A stretch of 64,000 nt of DNA from Paraphysomonas bandaiensis (lineage: Eukaryota; Protista; Chrysophyceae), in assembly GCA_965644295.1 (NCBI GenBank), contig CBFFRP010000076.1:62001-126000 (forward strand), given 5' to 3'. The translations under genes and the position numbers were made by a program. How positions within the stretch are numbered: position 1 is the first letter of the stretch; every line of letters begins with the position of its first letter. Of the stretch, positions 1 through 13,100 are shown in pieces. The notes below the pieces were generated by a model that made no database searches, had not been told where the DNA came from, and saw nothing but the letters and a program-made list of their open reading frames with translations.

Positions 1-840
1 AATTCCTCGTGTAAGCGCAAGAGAGATGGCCTCGGTGGCTGACCACCCCCTACCCACGACCGACTGTGGAAATGCGGTGATGTCCCCATGCATCCCATGC
101 TGCGACATCAGCTCGCAAGCCTGGTCAAAGAGTGCTCTATTCCTATTAATGTGAGTGGGGTGGAACACCTTCGCGGGAAGTTCAGTCTCCGTTATGGCTC
201 GTTGCACCATATCTAACCGTCTTTGACCCTCCCCCATGTGAAGATGCAATACACCCGCCTTGCCTGACAGCAAGCCTCCGACGTAGGCGTCACTGGCGAG
301 ACGTACTAACTCATCGTACGTTGGCTGGCTCGATCGGTGATCGCTCAAGGCAAACTCACCAATTCCAATAACGGGCTCGATATATAATATATCAGACTTG
401 GCACTGCCTGTGAGAGTAGTCAGTGGCAGGTGGTAGCCTCCAGTCCAGCAGAAAGCAGACATGCCTTCTTGTCTAAGACCATACACACGTGATACCACAT
501 TTCCAGTAGACCGAGTACTGTCGTCGGTACCAAGCAATCCGATGACTGTGGTGACCCCAACGCTAGTAAACTGGCTAATTTGTACTTGAGGGACCTGAGT
601 GGCAAATCCCCCCTCCCCCCCTCCACCGGTAATATGTGTGTGACAATCGATATATCCAGGAAACACCATTCTTCCACCCAGATCGACCACCTCCACCGAT
701 ATACCGCTAGGTGCTTCGAAAGGCGAATCACTGAGTGCAAGAATCCTTCCTGCCCCTATCAGGATCGACTTAACCCCCTGTGGTTCAGGGGAGTACAGGT
801 CCGCGTTATTTAAAACAATCAGTGACGCTTTATCACTCAT
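1..840 (-). CDS. iadA: Isoaspartyl dipeptidase (beta-aspartyl peptidase, amidohydrolase family), 3' end beyond window
   Basis: Manual translation from ATG at 840 is open for 280 codons to the edge: MSDKASLIVLNNADLYSPEP...VFPGYIDCHTHITGGGGEGG...GVTTVIGLLGTDD...WTGGYHLP...VIGIGEFALSDHRSSQP...GGLLSGKAGVLHLHMG...FHPTHINRN. These match IadA motifs (PGFID-HxH-GGGGE, VGLLGTD, SDHRS, PTHVNRN). Confidence 0.95.
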   Translation of the reverse strand, partial: MSDKASLIVLNNADLYSPEPQGVKSILIGAGRILALSDSPFEAPSGISVEVVDLGGRMVFPGYIDCHTHITGGGGEGGFATQVPQVQISQFTSVGVTTVIGLLGTDDSTRSTGNVVSRVYGLRQEGMSAFCWTGGYHLPLTTLTGSAKSDILYIEPVIGIGEFALSDHRSSQPTYDELVRLASDAYVGGLLSGKAGVLHLHMGEGQRRLDMVQRAITETELPAKVFHPTHINRNRALFDQACELMSQHGMHGDITAFPQSVVGRGWSATEAISLALTRGI

Positions 841-1388
841 ATTTAGCGGATCTATTCAGTCAGATGACCGATCACTCATGTTATTCAGTACTGTATCGTG
901 ATGGATATGTCTGCTTGTATAGAAGGTGTATGTATCACTCACATCAGCTCAGTCTCACATATGATCTTCTTCATATCCATATGCTTCACTGTATCCTATC
1001 CTGCATACTGCTGCTGAATACCGTCAGAGTACAGGAATTATACTGCTGTATACATTGCTGTTATACGGTATACCCATGGGCATGATACACACAGCATGTC
1101 TATCATATACCTATATGTACGACCCTGTATAGACCCTGCTGTATATATGCATATATGCCACACGCCTGCATCACAACATCTGACGAGAGAGATTTGCTGC
1201 CAAACTCTCAAACCATGTTATGAGGAGTCGTTGATGTGCGGACATCAGCAGATGGGTTGCTGTGTTCTCACTTGTTTCATTGATTAGAGCCGCAGTGTCT
1301 TCTCATCATATCTATCTATATCTATATTCATATATCGATATTAACACTATTGGATCGTATCATAAGTGGATCGTAGCATCAGATCAAT

Positions 1389-2114
1389 ATGGAAGAAATT
1401 AAACAATTGGCTCAAGAAATCGATGAAGTGATCTGTAAATTTGAAGATGTTGGGGATAATGATTTGTCTGAGTCGGATGAGCACCGAGTGATCGCGCCCT
1501 CAGAGCGACGCCAATCAGCAGAACACTGCTTTGAGTTAGCTCTTGCGGAATCTGAAAAAGAAAGCCTACAAGATGATGTCGCAATGTTGTCCTCGAGAAA
1601 TGAGGAGCTGGAGGACTGTATCCTTCATCAGCGCTTTATCATTGACTTACTGAAAAATTTGAACGAGAAACTGTACAAGAAAGCTGGGACTGATGACGAG
1701 GCCTTAAACGAGGAAATCCGTCAATTGAACGACACCCTTCTCACGTATAACGATCGAAGTCTAGAGTTGCAGGAGAACTCTTCAGCCAATACCCTCCGAC
1801 ATTCCAAATATATACCGAGTCCTAGGAAGACAAAGAGCAATACGAAAATGGCTGTTGAGATGGGCGAGATGCAGCTAATGGTATCCCAATTAAAAGGGTC
1901 CCTTGCAGCTGCTCTTGCCCGACAGGAAGACCACCAGCGTATTCGTCGACTGCTTGAACAGGAGCTGAACGAGGAACGGCTGAAAAGACTTCACGCAGAG
2001 AAACAGCGTGACGCTTATGCCCTTGCCTACGAGGATTCACTTTTACATTTTAAGAAGATTGGACAGGAGAAGGCTACACAAATTAAGAAGGGGCGCGGGA
2101 ATGGCAAAGTATAG
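1389..2114 (+). CDS. Hypothetical coiled-coil protein, 241 aa
   Basis: Single-exon ORF, E/L/Q/K-rich heptad character, divergent from iadA-like gene. Confidence 0.75.
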   Translation: MEEIKQLAQEIDEVICKFEDVGDNDLSESDEHRVIAPSERRQSAEHCFELALAESEKESLQDDVAMLSSRNEELEDCILHQRFIIDLLKNLNEKLYKKAGTDDEALNEEIRQLNDTLLTYNDRSLELQENSSANTLRHSKYIPSPRKTKSNTKMAVEMGEMQLMVSQLKGSLAAALARQEDHQRIRRLLEQELNEERLKRLHAEKQRDAYALAYEDSLLHFKKIGQEKATQIKKGRGNGKV

Positions 2115-2922
2115 GGACTTGTCTATTGTATGTAATAGTAGATTATATTTTGATAAGCAACTTAAATACCGTGCGTCCTCAGTATTATACTTTTTATGGG
2201 ATCCCTGTACCCGTTTGCTCTTATTGGTTGTATTGTTTGTAATATCTTGAATTTAAGAATAGAAAAATTTCTTATTGGTATAAGTAAACAACACCACAGA
2301 TATTTAATCTTTGTTCTCGATGTAAAGGGGGTGGCATAAGAGTAGCACAAAGCACAAAGGAATTGCTCTCAGAAAGCAAAGAGTGGGAGCATGCCTATTC
2401 CCCGAACCACAAATTGTGAAACCATCCATTCCTAGGACCTCTATGCACTGTACAGAGACCAACACCATTAATATAAATGACATGCTCGACATCTTGGTCA
2501 CTGTTAAATGTAAACAACCATAAAAGAGAAAGTATTCGTTGAGGTTTGGGGAAAGACATTCTCCTGCCCTCTCTCTCCCTTCTTATATATGAGCAAACTA
2601 GGGTTTAAGAACAGGTTTATAGAATAAATTGAAAGCTCATAATGTAATTAGCACCCAATCGACGACAAAAGGAGTGATAAAATAGGATCTATCCCCTTCC
2701 TTTTCTATACTATTACGCTATCGCTGATCGCTTACTACAGCGCCTCAGTAAACAGGTCCTTTCACATCGTTATATGTGTACAACAAGTCGATAGTTGGCA
2801 ATATCCGAAATTATCAGTACAGAAGAAATAAGAGTATGATATATAACAGAAAAGAACTACATATATTGATTCATTGGACTGAACCAACCAACAATATGAA
2901 GTCAATCTTTGGTTCTATCACC

Positions 2923-3410
2923 CCCCTCAACAAAGTCGGACTCGCACCTATTTGTAGTAGTCTGGGGGATTAGTACCAGAGATATTTCAGCTGATAATTT
3001 TCTGCTCACTCATAGCAAAAAAATCTGTGGTACAAGAGACAATAATAAGTGTGACTTGTGTATAGACGTCTTTGGGCCTTGACGAATAAACAGGCATCTG
3101 GGACTGGACCCACCTCAAGGGCATCCGGGGTATTGGGCTGCTTGCTGCCAAAGTCAAGCCGGGAATGAGCCCACGCTAAGGACTCAAAAATCCTGATGTT
3201 AGGTATACCAACATTTTGCTTGCTCATTGCGTTTTCTTTGAGCGATATAGCGAAAGTGCTTGTACCTTGGTGCTTGCGGTGACGCACAAGAAAAGCTTCC
3301 GGAGCGTTAAATAGTAGGATACCATATTTAACTAGTTAGTTAAATTGCAATGCTAAACTTGTTCTGACATTTAAACGTCTATTGCTAATAGGTTTGAAAG
3401 TATCAACTTT
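2923..3410 (+). mobile_element. Dispersed modular repeat family A, diverged copy
   Basis: Starts CCCTCAACAAAGTCGGACTCGCACC and shares AGACGTCTTTGGGCCTTGACGAATAAACAGGCA and CCTTGGTGCTTGCGG modules with copies at 8.6, 9.5, 22.2, 41.9, 42.7, 57.0 and 60.0 kb. Confidence 0.85.
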
Positions 3411-4157
3411 GATATTTGGAAGAGTTTAAACCCAACTAACTACAGTAACTAAACTTAAATTCACTTAATAATATTCTAATCAACTTCTTCTATCATTAAT
3501 AGTTATTCGCTAAATTAATATTCTTACTACTTCCTTTACAGTCACGATCTTTTTTACAGTCAGAGTATTTCCGTTTTTCTAAACTCTTTCATAGCGTAGA
3601 ATTAAATTTCACATAATAGTGTTGATACCTATTGTATTCTTTAGTTTTGCTTCATTTTCTGATTCTTACACGCTTATTGCTAATAATAAGACATTCACTA
3701 CTGTATTCTTTAACTAACAGTCATAATTCTAATATCTTAGAATACAGCTTTTAATGCTAAAAAAGCAATACTCAAATCAGAATATAGTGCAGATACTGGT
3801 TTCATATTATCTTCTAGTTAATTCTATTGGTGCAGAATCAAGTTTTTTAGTAAATAGAGAGTGAGCAGTTAGTAGATAGGGGGACCCTGATGACCAGTAG
3901 AGACCACAAAGATAAGATTAGGATTGTGTGTAAAATTGTAGAATCTATGGACTCGGTGAACCAGGACATTACATTTCTAGTGTCGCATTCCCTGCTTCTG
4001 GTTTAATTGAAAATCAATCGGTAATCACCATGCCAATTCAATCAGAATTAGTGTTTCTATGGTCTGATTCATTCTTTACGTCTAAATAGTACAAGCACTG
4101 CACACCCATGAACAGGGACAAGAGAGTAACTACAGTAATGCCCACACACACATATAT

Positions 4158-5656
4158 TCAGCCCCAAATTTTCTTTTCGTCAACATGCGTCCCCTTGGCC
4201 TTCAATATCACTGAAACAAACGTTGACGAATCATCAGAGTGCCCAGTCGAAGGCCCGGATACCGTCGATGAGGATGCATTTTGGATAATTTCTGTGTATT
4301 TCTTGACGGCTTTCATTTTAGCGTTGTCCAAGAACTCTAAAAACTTAATCTGCGAAAATAATTAATCACACGCCACAACCGAAATAGAGTATATAAGAAT
4401 TAGAACGCAAACACCTACAATATCATACACACCTCTTCTGCGGTTAAATCCGGGTGCCATATATCAAATATTAATACCACTCGAGGACCGACAGAATGAG
4501 GATCCCCATCACCTACAGCACTCCTGCATGCACGATTTTGCGCTTCGTGTAAAAAGGAGTCGTCAAAAATAATACATTTTCCTGGTATCAACTCAGTAGT
4601 TTCGTCACCAACAGTGAGGGTACACAAGGGTTCTGATTCTCCTGGTTTCTTACTAGGAACAATCAGTGGTAAATGACATCGAAGCTTTTTATTAGTGGGG
4701 CCATGATGGGGCTGAACCTGTGTGTCTGGTCCTAGAGCAGAGAATAATGCATGGTGATGCTGCCTGGGCAGTCCGCTGTACATATTTAGCAAACGTAAGG
4801 CAAAAAATATTTCATAAACTAAGATTGCAACAAAAATGCTGTTAACCATAACCCTAACTATCATAACCAGACAATTTAAAAACATCATACAAACTCCTAT
4901 TCCTCACCTGATAATCTGGGAAGTAATCGGACAGCATTCCCTATTCTTTTCAAAGAAGTCATTCATACCGTGAAGATACAAATAGCACACGTTCCAATCA
5001 CCCTTGTCAGTAGCCAACTCGCCATGGGCATCAAAGGTTTTGTTGGCCCGACCAGAAACAGGAGCACGATAAGGCTAAAAGCAGAATCAAGTGAGCGACG
5101 GCCACGAGGTACCCCCCATATTATATATATATAAATCGAACCTGAAACAAGTTGCCTTTGTTCTTCATGTCTAGAAATTCTTGAAGAATATCTGGATAGG
5201 CATTCTCAAGTCTTTGGACCCAGTCGAAATCGGATGTCTTCCAGAATGGTATGCTTCGCAATCCTGGTATGATATCAGGGCAACCTGCCTGCAGTGGGTG
5301 GCATGTACGCAAACTGCAAGAGTTTAATCTGCGCAGCATAAACGATTAGAGACGCAGTAATTAACAGCATTTGACATACCGAGACAGCAGATATGAAACA
5401 ACTCTATCCATCCTCTCCGGACACTGAGCCAGCTTCACCTGAATATATATATATATTGAGATATAGGTCCAATGCTCATAGTTCATAGCTCATTCACCTG
5501 AAGGAACCCTATGGCTATCTTGCTACTGAAGGGAGATGCCCCCTCACTCCTGAAGAGGTCCTCCACGAGCTTGAGCACATGCTGCTTCTTCTTCTCACTA
5601 TCCGGATGATCTTCCACATATCTTACACCAAATGCTAAATATTCCCCCCATTTCAT
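4158..5656 (-). CDS. Aspartyl/asparaginyl beta-hydroxylase-domain Fe/2OG dioxygenase, multi-exon
   Basis: Exons give PGLRSIPFW, LENAYPDILQEF, GDWNVCYL, ALFSALGPDTQVQPHHGPTNKKLRCHLPL, IFDDSFLHEA, RVVLIFDIWHPDL; ATG 5656, stop TGA 4158. Confidence 0.9.
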
Positions 5657-6368
5657 GCTGCAATAGAGACAGTGACAGTAACCAGAGGCGACTATGCAAT
5701 GCACTCACTGTGTCTGTGTGCGGTGAGCTGACTGGATCAGGAGTTAAAATCCTGTTGAATATTTTAACTTTCACTTCTCAAAATCCTAATTCCCGTCCAC
5801 TGTCATCTATAAAAATAGACTTTTTATGGGAAATCTACAAGAGCGCTGTATCTGCTGTGCATGTCCTGTCTCGTAAAGATATACTACGTACTGTATATAC
5901 TGTATAAAAAGGCCCAAAAGTCTAAATATATTGCAAAGAAAACCCCTTGCCCAACTACGCAGTTTCTGATATTTGTAGAATTACTGCTCAAGAATTTCTA
6001 ACCTTCTGTTCCCAAAACCTTGAGATTATGTAGTACATACAGAGTATGTACAGCAGTGTATATACTGCTGTACGAAGGGGAACGTATTTCCAGAATCTAC
6101 AATGCAGAGTGTAGTTAGTGTAGCGTACTACTGTATTCTTAGTGTATTTTTATTATTCTGTAGCAGTGAATTATGTATGTAGCAGGCAGAGCATAGAAGG
6201 CAAGTGTGTGTATGTTATACAGCAGTGTCTGTGCATATATATACTGAGCACTTAATAGCGACAGTAACAATAGCAGTGACAGGAGTCGCTATTAATTGTA
6301 TTGTTAGAGTATTAATCAACCGCAGTGTGTAGACATACATATCTGTGTCTGTGACTGTGATCGATTCA

Positions 6369-8245
6369 ATGAGCAATGAGATAGTTGTCACGATAAAGTG
6401 CTCCAATGCCGATAGGACGGAGGTGACCTGCGACAGGTCTCTGTCAGTGGCGGAGTTTAAGGGATTAGTTCAGAACGCACTGAATATCCCCACTGAGCAG
6501 CAGCGACTGATATATAAGGGGAAGATCTTAAAGGATGACAGTACACTTGAGCAGTACGGTAACACCGGCTATGTGGGGTGTATTTCATATGTAATGTGCG
6601 GCGCAGATATTCAGGATGGACATACAATTCATCTCGTTAAGAGCGGTGGGTCGAAGCCACAGCAGTCCTCCAGTCCTGCAGCAGGTAATGTGTACGAGAC
6701 ATGGAGTATAGGCCTTCACACTTATCTTGTAGCAAGTGCACCTGCATCTGGTGGACAGACGCCGATTTTTGGACTTCCCCAGCCTTCCTCTGCCCCCTCT
6801 AGTACAGGTGCTGCGGCTCCTGGGAACCCACTCATGGGCCTGGGATCCATGATGGGTGGTGATATGTCTCAGATGCAGAGTCAACTCATGCAGAATCCCG
6901 AGCTGATGCAACAGATGCTGTCCAGTCCAATGATGGAGAGCCTTCTAAGCAACCCCGAAATGATGACCAATCTTATGCTTAATAATCCGCAGTTACAACC
7001 CATGCTGGATGCGAACCCACAGATCAGACATATTCTTAGTGACCCGGCGGTGAGTGACCTGCTCAAAAATTTCGTATAGCGATGTGGTGGTATTATACCC
7101 CAAGCCGCTGTTCGTGACCTCATGTGACTTTCTGTGTGGTCTAACATTGCTTATGTGACACTCTGTGTGCAGTTAATGCGACAGACCATGCAGATGATGC
7201 GCAACCCTAATGCTATGCGAGAGGCGATGCGTCATCAGGACTTGGCAATGAGCCACCTCGAAAATCACCCCGAAGGATTTAATGCGTTGAGGCGAATGTA
7301 CGAGGAAGTGCAGGAGCCGATGATGGAGGCCACATCGGGCGCGGGGCAGCAGCAGACTCAGTCTGGGCAGCAGCAGAGTACGAACCCTTGGGCCACAGGG
7401 GCTCCGAATACCTCTGCGCTGCCCAACCCTTGGGGAGGGACACCGACCCAACCGGCGGCTGGAAATGGGGCTGGAACTGGCGGAGGGATGGGAACTAATC
7501 CTTTTCTAGCAGCGATGGGGGGTGGTATGCCTGGTATGGGCGGTGGAGGCATGCCTGGTACAGGCGGTGGAAGTATGCCTGGTATGGGCGGTTTACCTGG
7601 TATGGGAGATCCTGCCCAGATCGCAGCGATGATGCAAAACCCTATGGTGCAGCAAATGCTTTCTGACCCGAATATGATCGACCAGGTAGTAATTAGTATT
7701 ATTGAAACTTAGTCTGTGTGATAAATCTAATACTCGTACAGATGGCCCGCATGAACCCACAGCTGGGCAGCATGCTACAGGCCAACCCACAACTTAGATC
7801 CATGCTCACGAACCCCGACATGATTCGGCAGATGACCGACCCGAACAATCTGCAAGCCATTATGCAGATGCAGCAGTCAATGCAGCAGCTACAGCGGTCT
7901 GGTATGCTACCGGCAGGCCTTGGATTTCCCGCTATGCCTTCCATGGGTGCGTTTCAAGGTACTGGCAGTGGAGGAACCCCATTCACCCCACCACAAGGAC
8001 AGCAACAAGGGTCTACTATTGGGGGACTAGACTTCAGTGCGATTTTGGGCTCAGCAGGAGCTCAAGGGTCGACTCCAGCGTCATCTGCCGCTCCACCTGC
8101 TCCATCTCGATCCCCAGAGGTTCGTTTCGAGAGCCAGCTACAACAACTCAACGCAATGGGCTTCACAGACACCGAGGCAAATATCAGAGCTCTGACAGCT
8201 ACTAACGGAAACGTCAATGCTGCAGTGGAGCGGTTGTTACAGTAG
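6369..8245 (+). CDS. UBQLN: Ubiquilin/Dsk2 (UBL-STI1-UBA), multi-exon
   Basis: UBL ([14 protein letters not shown]), M/Q/N/P-rich STI1 repeats, [15 protein letters not shown]-terminal UBA ([35 protein letters not shown]). Confidence 0.96.
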
Positions 8246-8499
8246 ACCTATTTCGTACTGGCTGATAGATATTTCTCTATGTATATGCATAGCTTGTGCG
8301 ATATATATCGTGAATAGATCCTGTAGTCTGAGTATCGTGCTGGACATTTGGTCACCATAATGACGATATGTAATAACGATGAATTATGAAGTCAACTAAC
8401 GTTAATTTAGCCGTTAATACTTGTCTAACTATTGGAGTAATTGATATGAGGGTAGTGGTTTGGCTGTGTGCATCAGAATCTTTATTATTTAATTATTTC

Positions 8500-9350
8500 T
8501 CTTTTGCCTATTGGTCATTTTAACAGTTAAGATCGTTAAGAAAAGTTTATAGTAATTAAACTGGATAGACTCTTTATTATAATTGCATATACAATTGTGT
8601 GTCTTGTCATGTAAGATATGTATATTATATTGAAAGTCTTATTATTAGCAATAGGCGTTAAAAACCTGCACCAACTTAGTAGCTAGATGAATGCTAGACA
8701 AACTAGTTAGACCTCTACCTGTAACTAATCAGTACACATTTCTTTATACTACTATTTAACGCTACGGAATCTGCTTGTGCGTCGCCGCAAGCACCAAGGT
8801 GCGACCACTTCCGCTCTGAGTTCTTAAGGTGAATATCCTGGATGCTTGCCTTCAGCAGGCAGCCCAATACCTCCCGGTTACCCTTCAGGTGGGCCCTGTC
8901 CCGGATGCCCTTGAGGTGGGCCCATTCCCGGATATCTGTTTATTCGTCAGGGCCCAAAGACGTCTACACAAGTGACACTTATTGGTGTCCCTTGTACCAC
9001 ACAAGCATTCGGCTATGAGTGGGCAGAAGAATATCTGCTGATTATGTTTGCGGCTCACGTTAGTTTCCCAGAGAGCGAGTCTCTCCGGTACTTATCCCCC
9101 AGAACACCACGAAAAGGTGCGAGTCCGACTTTGTTGAGGGTGTAAGACATATGTCAACACCATGATAGTTTATTTTGTTCATATCAACCACTGCTTCCGT
9201 ATCTTGAATCGTCATGATACAATACTTCAGTTTCACAGTTATAGCTATATACTCTATAGTATCTTTGACTACGTATTACTATTTTTCACATTGTATTTAA
9301 CGTATTGTACAGTGCTATCTCAGAGAACCATACGTATTCCAACATTCTCA
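8500..9350. repeat. AT-rich repeat family B, split here by a family A insertion; uninterrupted copy at about 21790-22100
   Basis: 8505-8620 and 9141-9350 match the contiguous stretch 21790-22100 (TTAAGATCGTT...CAATTGTGTGT...CTTCCGTATCTTGAATCGTCATGAT...GAGAACCATACGTATTCCAACA). Confidence 0.85.
8628..9140 (-). mobile_element. Repeat family A, near-complete copy
   Basis: Runs from TATTGAAAGTCTTATTATTAGCAATAGGCGT to GAGTCCGACTTTGTTGAGGG; flanked by TGTAAGATATG / TGTAAGACATATG. Confidence 0.88.
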
Positions 9351-9526
9351 ACTTGAATTCTTAAGAATATATCTGCTTGTTAAAGAAATATAATGCATAT
9401 TTACGAGAAGATAAACTGTCTGTGCAAAGTATAGCACAAAAAATATTTTATATATTTAATTCATTAAGTTAAACGTGTGACCCCTATACATGGCGAATAC
9501 GGAAAGCCTGAAGTATTCTGTGTAAA

Positions 9527-9852
9527 TAGTGAATGTCTTATTATTAGCAATGAGCGTTTTAAGAGTTAAGAGTCAGTGCATAACTCTGAGATCCTACTAT
9601 TTAACGCTACGAAAGCAGCTTATGCGTCGACGCAAGCACCAACAAGGTGCAACCACTTTCGCTCTCTCTCCTTAAGGTGAATAGCCCAAAACCCGGGTGC
9701 CTGTTTATTCGTCAAGGCCCAAAGACGTCTACACAAGTGACACATATTAGTAGTCCTTGTACCACACAAACATTAGCTATGAGTGGGCAGAAAATTATCT
9801 GCTGGCTATATATTTGGCTCACGTTAGTTTTCCGGTACTTTTCCAGAACACT
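9527..9852 (-). mobile_element. Repeat family A, deleted copy with the alternative TAGTGAATGTCTTATTATTAGCAAT terminus
   Basis: Same subterminal and internal modules as 8628-9140. Confidence 0.82.
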
Positions 9853-10158
9853 ACTTATAAAGAATAAATATTTCCTTTCTTATTATAATACCTTATTGTT
9901 ATGAATACTTATAATAATTTAGTTATCGTACTTAAAATGCTTGTGGCGTACATTTCTTACAAGGCATGTGCATACCCATGCGATGGACATCACTTATAGT
10001 TGACAATCATAGATAAAACTATGCACAAATACCAATACAGAATACCAATATATTATAACAACAATAATTATCATTACTGAAGTGCGAAATGCAACTATAC
10101 TCCACAACAATACACATTTAAAATTCTATAACAATGTTGCATGCAATACCAACACATG

Positions 10159-13100
10159 TTACCGCAACACATCTTTGTGAAATTTATAAACATCACGAAT
10201 TCTTAATATCAACTCTACAATAGAATCCACACGACCACTAAGTATATCTTCTTCAATTGACAGAGCACTGAGAGGAATTTGCTTATTCTTTGACAGTGCG
10301 CCAAGAACTTTGCGAATGTTCTGCAAGCGCTGTGCTCGGCATTTCGGCTTTTCTGTAAAGCCTGGGAGGGAACTACTTCTCTCCAGGTGTTGCAACAGCT
10401 TTCCTAACAAGACACCATCTGACAATGACGGCATCGTAACTTGTCCATTATCCCCTACTTCATATGGAGGCATGCCAGAAACAAGTCCCAAACGAGTGAG
10501 CCACCGAAAAGCAGTAGCAGCAGACTTCATATGTTTCGAATCCAATACCCCTGCAGCGGCTAGACGGAGACTGGATTTATCTAACTTAGTGGGAGGAGTA
10601 GATGGCATCGATATGCTGTCATCATAGGGAGATTGCTTTCCGGTATCTTTCGCTGATATAGGAGGCATCATCTTCTGAACCCATGGGGGTGGCTCAGGGT
10701 GATCAAACACGTCGGTGGTTGAGTGATTATGCTTCTCTCTATATTTGGACTCGTCAGCAACGTATTTTTCACGCATTCGTTTGACAGGACTCGGGGTCCG
10801 AGTAGAATCCTCCCGAGAAATGGTAGCCTGGACACGGAGTTGCGCTGGGCGAGGAGCACCCCGAAACCCATATTCGACAGAAGCTTCTTTCGTATCAACC
10901 ACATTTTCCAAGTTTTCTTTTTCTCCAAAAAGAGCCCAATCTAGGTGATCATCAGCAGGCGTTTCAATATCTGCATTAACGAAACCATGTTTACTTGGAT
11001 TAATATCACTTCCAATTGCCTTTCTATCTTTAGACACCATCAAACCTCCTGGAACATTGGAAGCGTCTACACAGTCATTTCATAAACAACTTTAGCAAAA
11101 ATGAATATGGCATGCTCGTTACCTGGTGCGATATCTCGACGATCTTTAATGACCGCACTCCAGTCTGGAGGTGTGTATCTCTCAATTCCCCCACTTATAC
11201 TGTCTGACTCATTTCTGGGTACTTCGCCATCGGAGTTCGCCTCGGATGGAATAACATCACCATACCGATGTGGCGGTGCTCGCATTTGCCGATTCTGAAA
11301 AGCAATGCGCATCTCGTGGACTTGGTTTCGATCACTCGCCTCATTTATAGCAGTTGTGACTGGAATAATATCGCATGCATTAGACGAACAACTTCCTGAC
11401 GCATCAACGTCAACCACGTCGTTATAATCTTTGCTCTCATTTTCTGGACCACAATCACGCACCCTTTTGTAGCCACCAGGAAACAAATCCGAGTTTCCCT
11501 TCCAATGTGGCTCACCCGCTGTGTTATCACTAGCAGGTATGCCACGGGTTAAAGGATTCGCAGATAAATTCACAGTGCTATCAAATGATGGCATCCGAGG
11601 TCCCACTGACTCCAGCCCGTGCTTCGGCTCCACAGATGCAGTTGACACAAGAAAATCACCACTATCCAGTGGTGGTGGCCACTCCTGTTGCTCCTGGCCT
11701 AGATAGGGTCGCTGTTTCTTAGAATCTTTAATGTCACCGGGGGTTCGTTTGACAGGAGGAACACCGTCTCGCAGGCGATGCATATCCTCGAGAAGTCCCA
11801 GTATAGCTGCCCATTCACCCTTCGCAATGTCTTCTTCTACTCCGGTATACAAGAAACGAGTACTCATATGTGAACTTCCGCGTAGTGCTTGAAGACATTT
11901 CCGAAGATTCGCAACACTCACACTGTAAGACTTGGCCTTTCTATGCCACCCCATAACCGGAGCACCTAAAATTTTTCCAGCGAGAAGACACAGAATTGTG
12001 CCATCCCTCAGAGGTCCTTCTAGTGTTGCAATGGACGGCATATCAGAAGGAAGGAGTCCTTTCATTATACCTGATAGCACTTCTTCTTCCACTAGCCAGT
12101 GCATTAGACTTTGATCAAGAGCCTTTCTATCTGCAATTGAGTACGGGAGGAGACGCGGCCAATTGGATACTTTGCTAATCGATTGGTCGGTAATGAGAGA
12201 CACACCAGCATCAGCATTAAAACCATTTTTGAGTGGATAGGCGCGCATAATTTCATCAAGTAGACCCCATAGTACGGTCTTCTTCGCTTCCAGAATAGCT
12301 TTCGGCTGGCACAAGTACACCTGAGGTATCGGTGGACACTTTCTAATCCGTAACAACCACAGTGCTCGTTCTATGTTTTCCATTGCCGAGGATATACTGG
12401 AGGGACGTCTGTTTACTAGTTGTATAAGCTGTGCGTGGCGGGCGGCATTCGGTTCCAAAAGGGCAACAAGCTCACAGAGTATTTCACCGTTTCTTAACCG
12501 GTCATCCTTTAAATCCGGTAATGCAGCCGCGGAGGATTGGTACCAATTTATGAACCCCCCCTCACCATCCCTAACACTAATGCCGAGTGTATATAGCCAG
12601 TCCTTAATTACAGAAAGTTGTGGGGGAAGTATTGGTGGCAGGTTTTCTGCCTGCATCGCCTCTTCGTCTCTCTCGGACAAACGAGGGGGTTGCCATTTAG
12701 GACCTTCACGCTTGGTCCTCCCTCGCCTACTATTATTCACTATAGTGCCTCTATCACGACTGTTTGAGGAAGCGATAGGTTTGACTACTTCCTCTGACAA
12801 CGGTTTATCTAGCTCAAACACAGTGTCCCTATCATGTTGATTCCACGAGCTGTCCCATCCATTCTCCCGCTCCTTGAGAGAACCGTCTTCCGATTTTATA
12901 GTACCACTTTTTTTCCGCATAGAAGACTTGGGTCTACGGGTCGATGGGTTCGATGCGACATTTTCCTTTCCAGCAGGTCGAGATGGCGCTCTTTTTGGAG
13001 GGGATGCGCTGCGAATACTCCTACGAGCAATGTACCCGGGATCTTGGCGACATGCTGGTAATAGTTTGGACGAAATACGCGCACTCTTAATAACTGATGG

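Noticed and set aside
420-1287. Short ORFs listed in the track near the left edge
   Set aside because: Shadow frames of the iadA-like CDS or promoter sequence.
2923-2950. piggyBac assignment for the CCCTCAAC end
   Set aside because: No copy is flanked by TTAA and no matching inverted end was found.
4780-4908. snoRNA in the longer AspH-like intron (also ubiquilin intron 7050-7172)
   Set aside because: No paired C and D boxes with a terminal stem and no convincing H/ACA layout.
1-5656. Functional Asp-modification cluster (IadA plus AspH-like)
   Set aside because: Different pathways, separated by an unrelated gene and repeats; proximity alone is not evidence.
8935-8960. CTGACGA as a hammerhead ribozyme core in family A
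   Set aside because: No stem II followed by GAAA, and most copies read TTGACGA.
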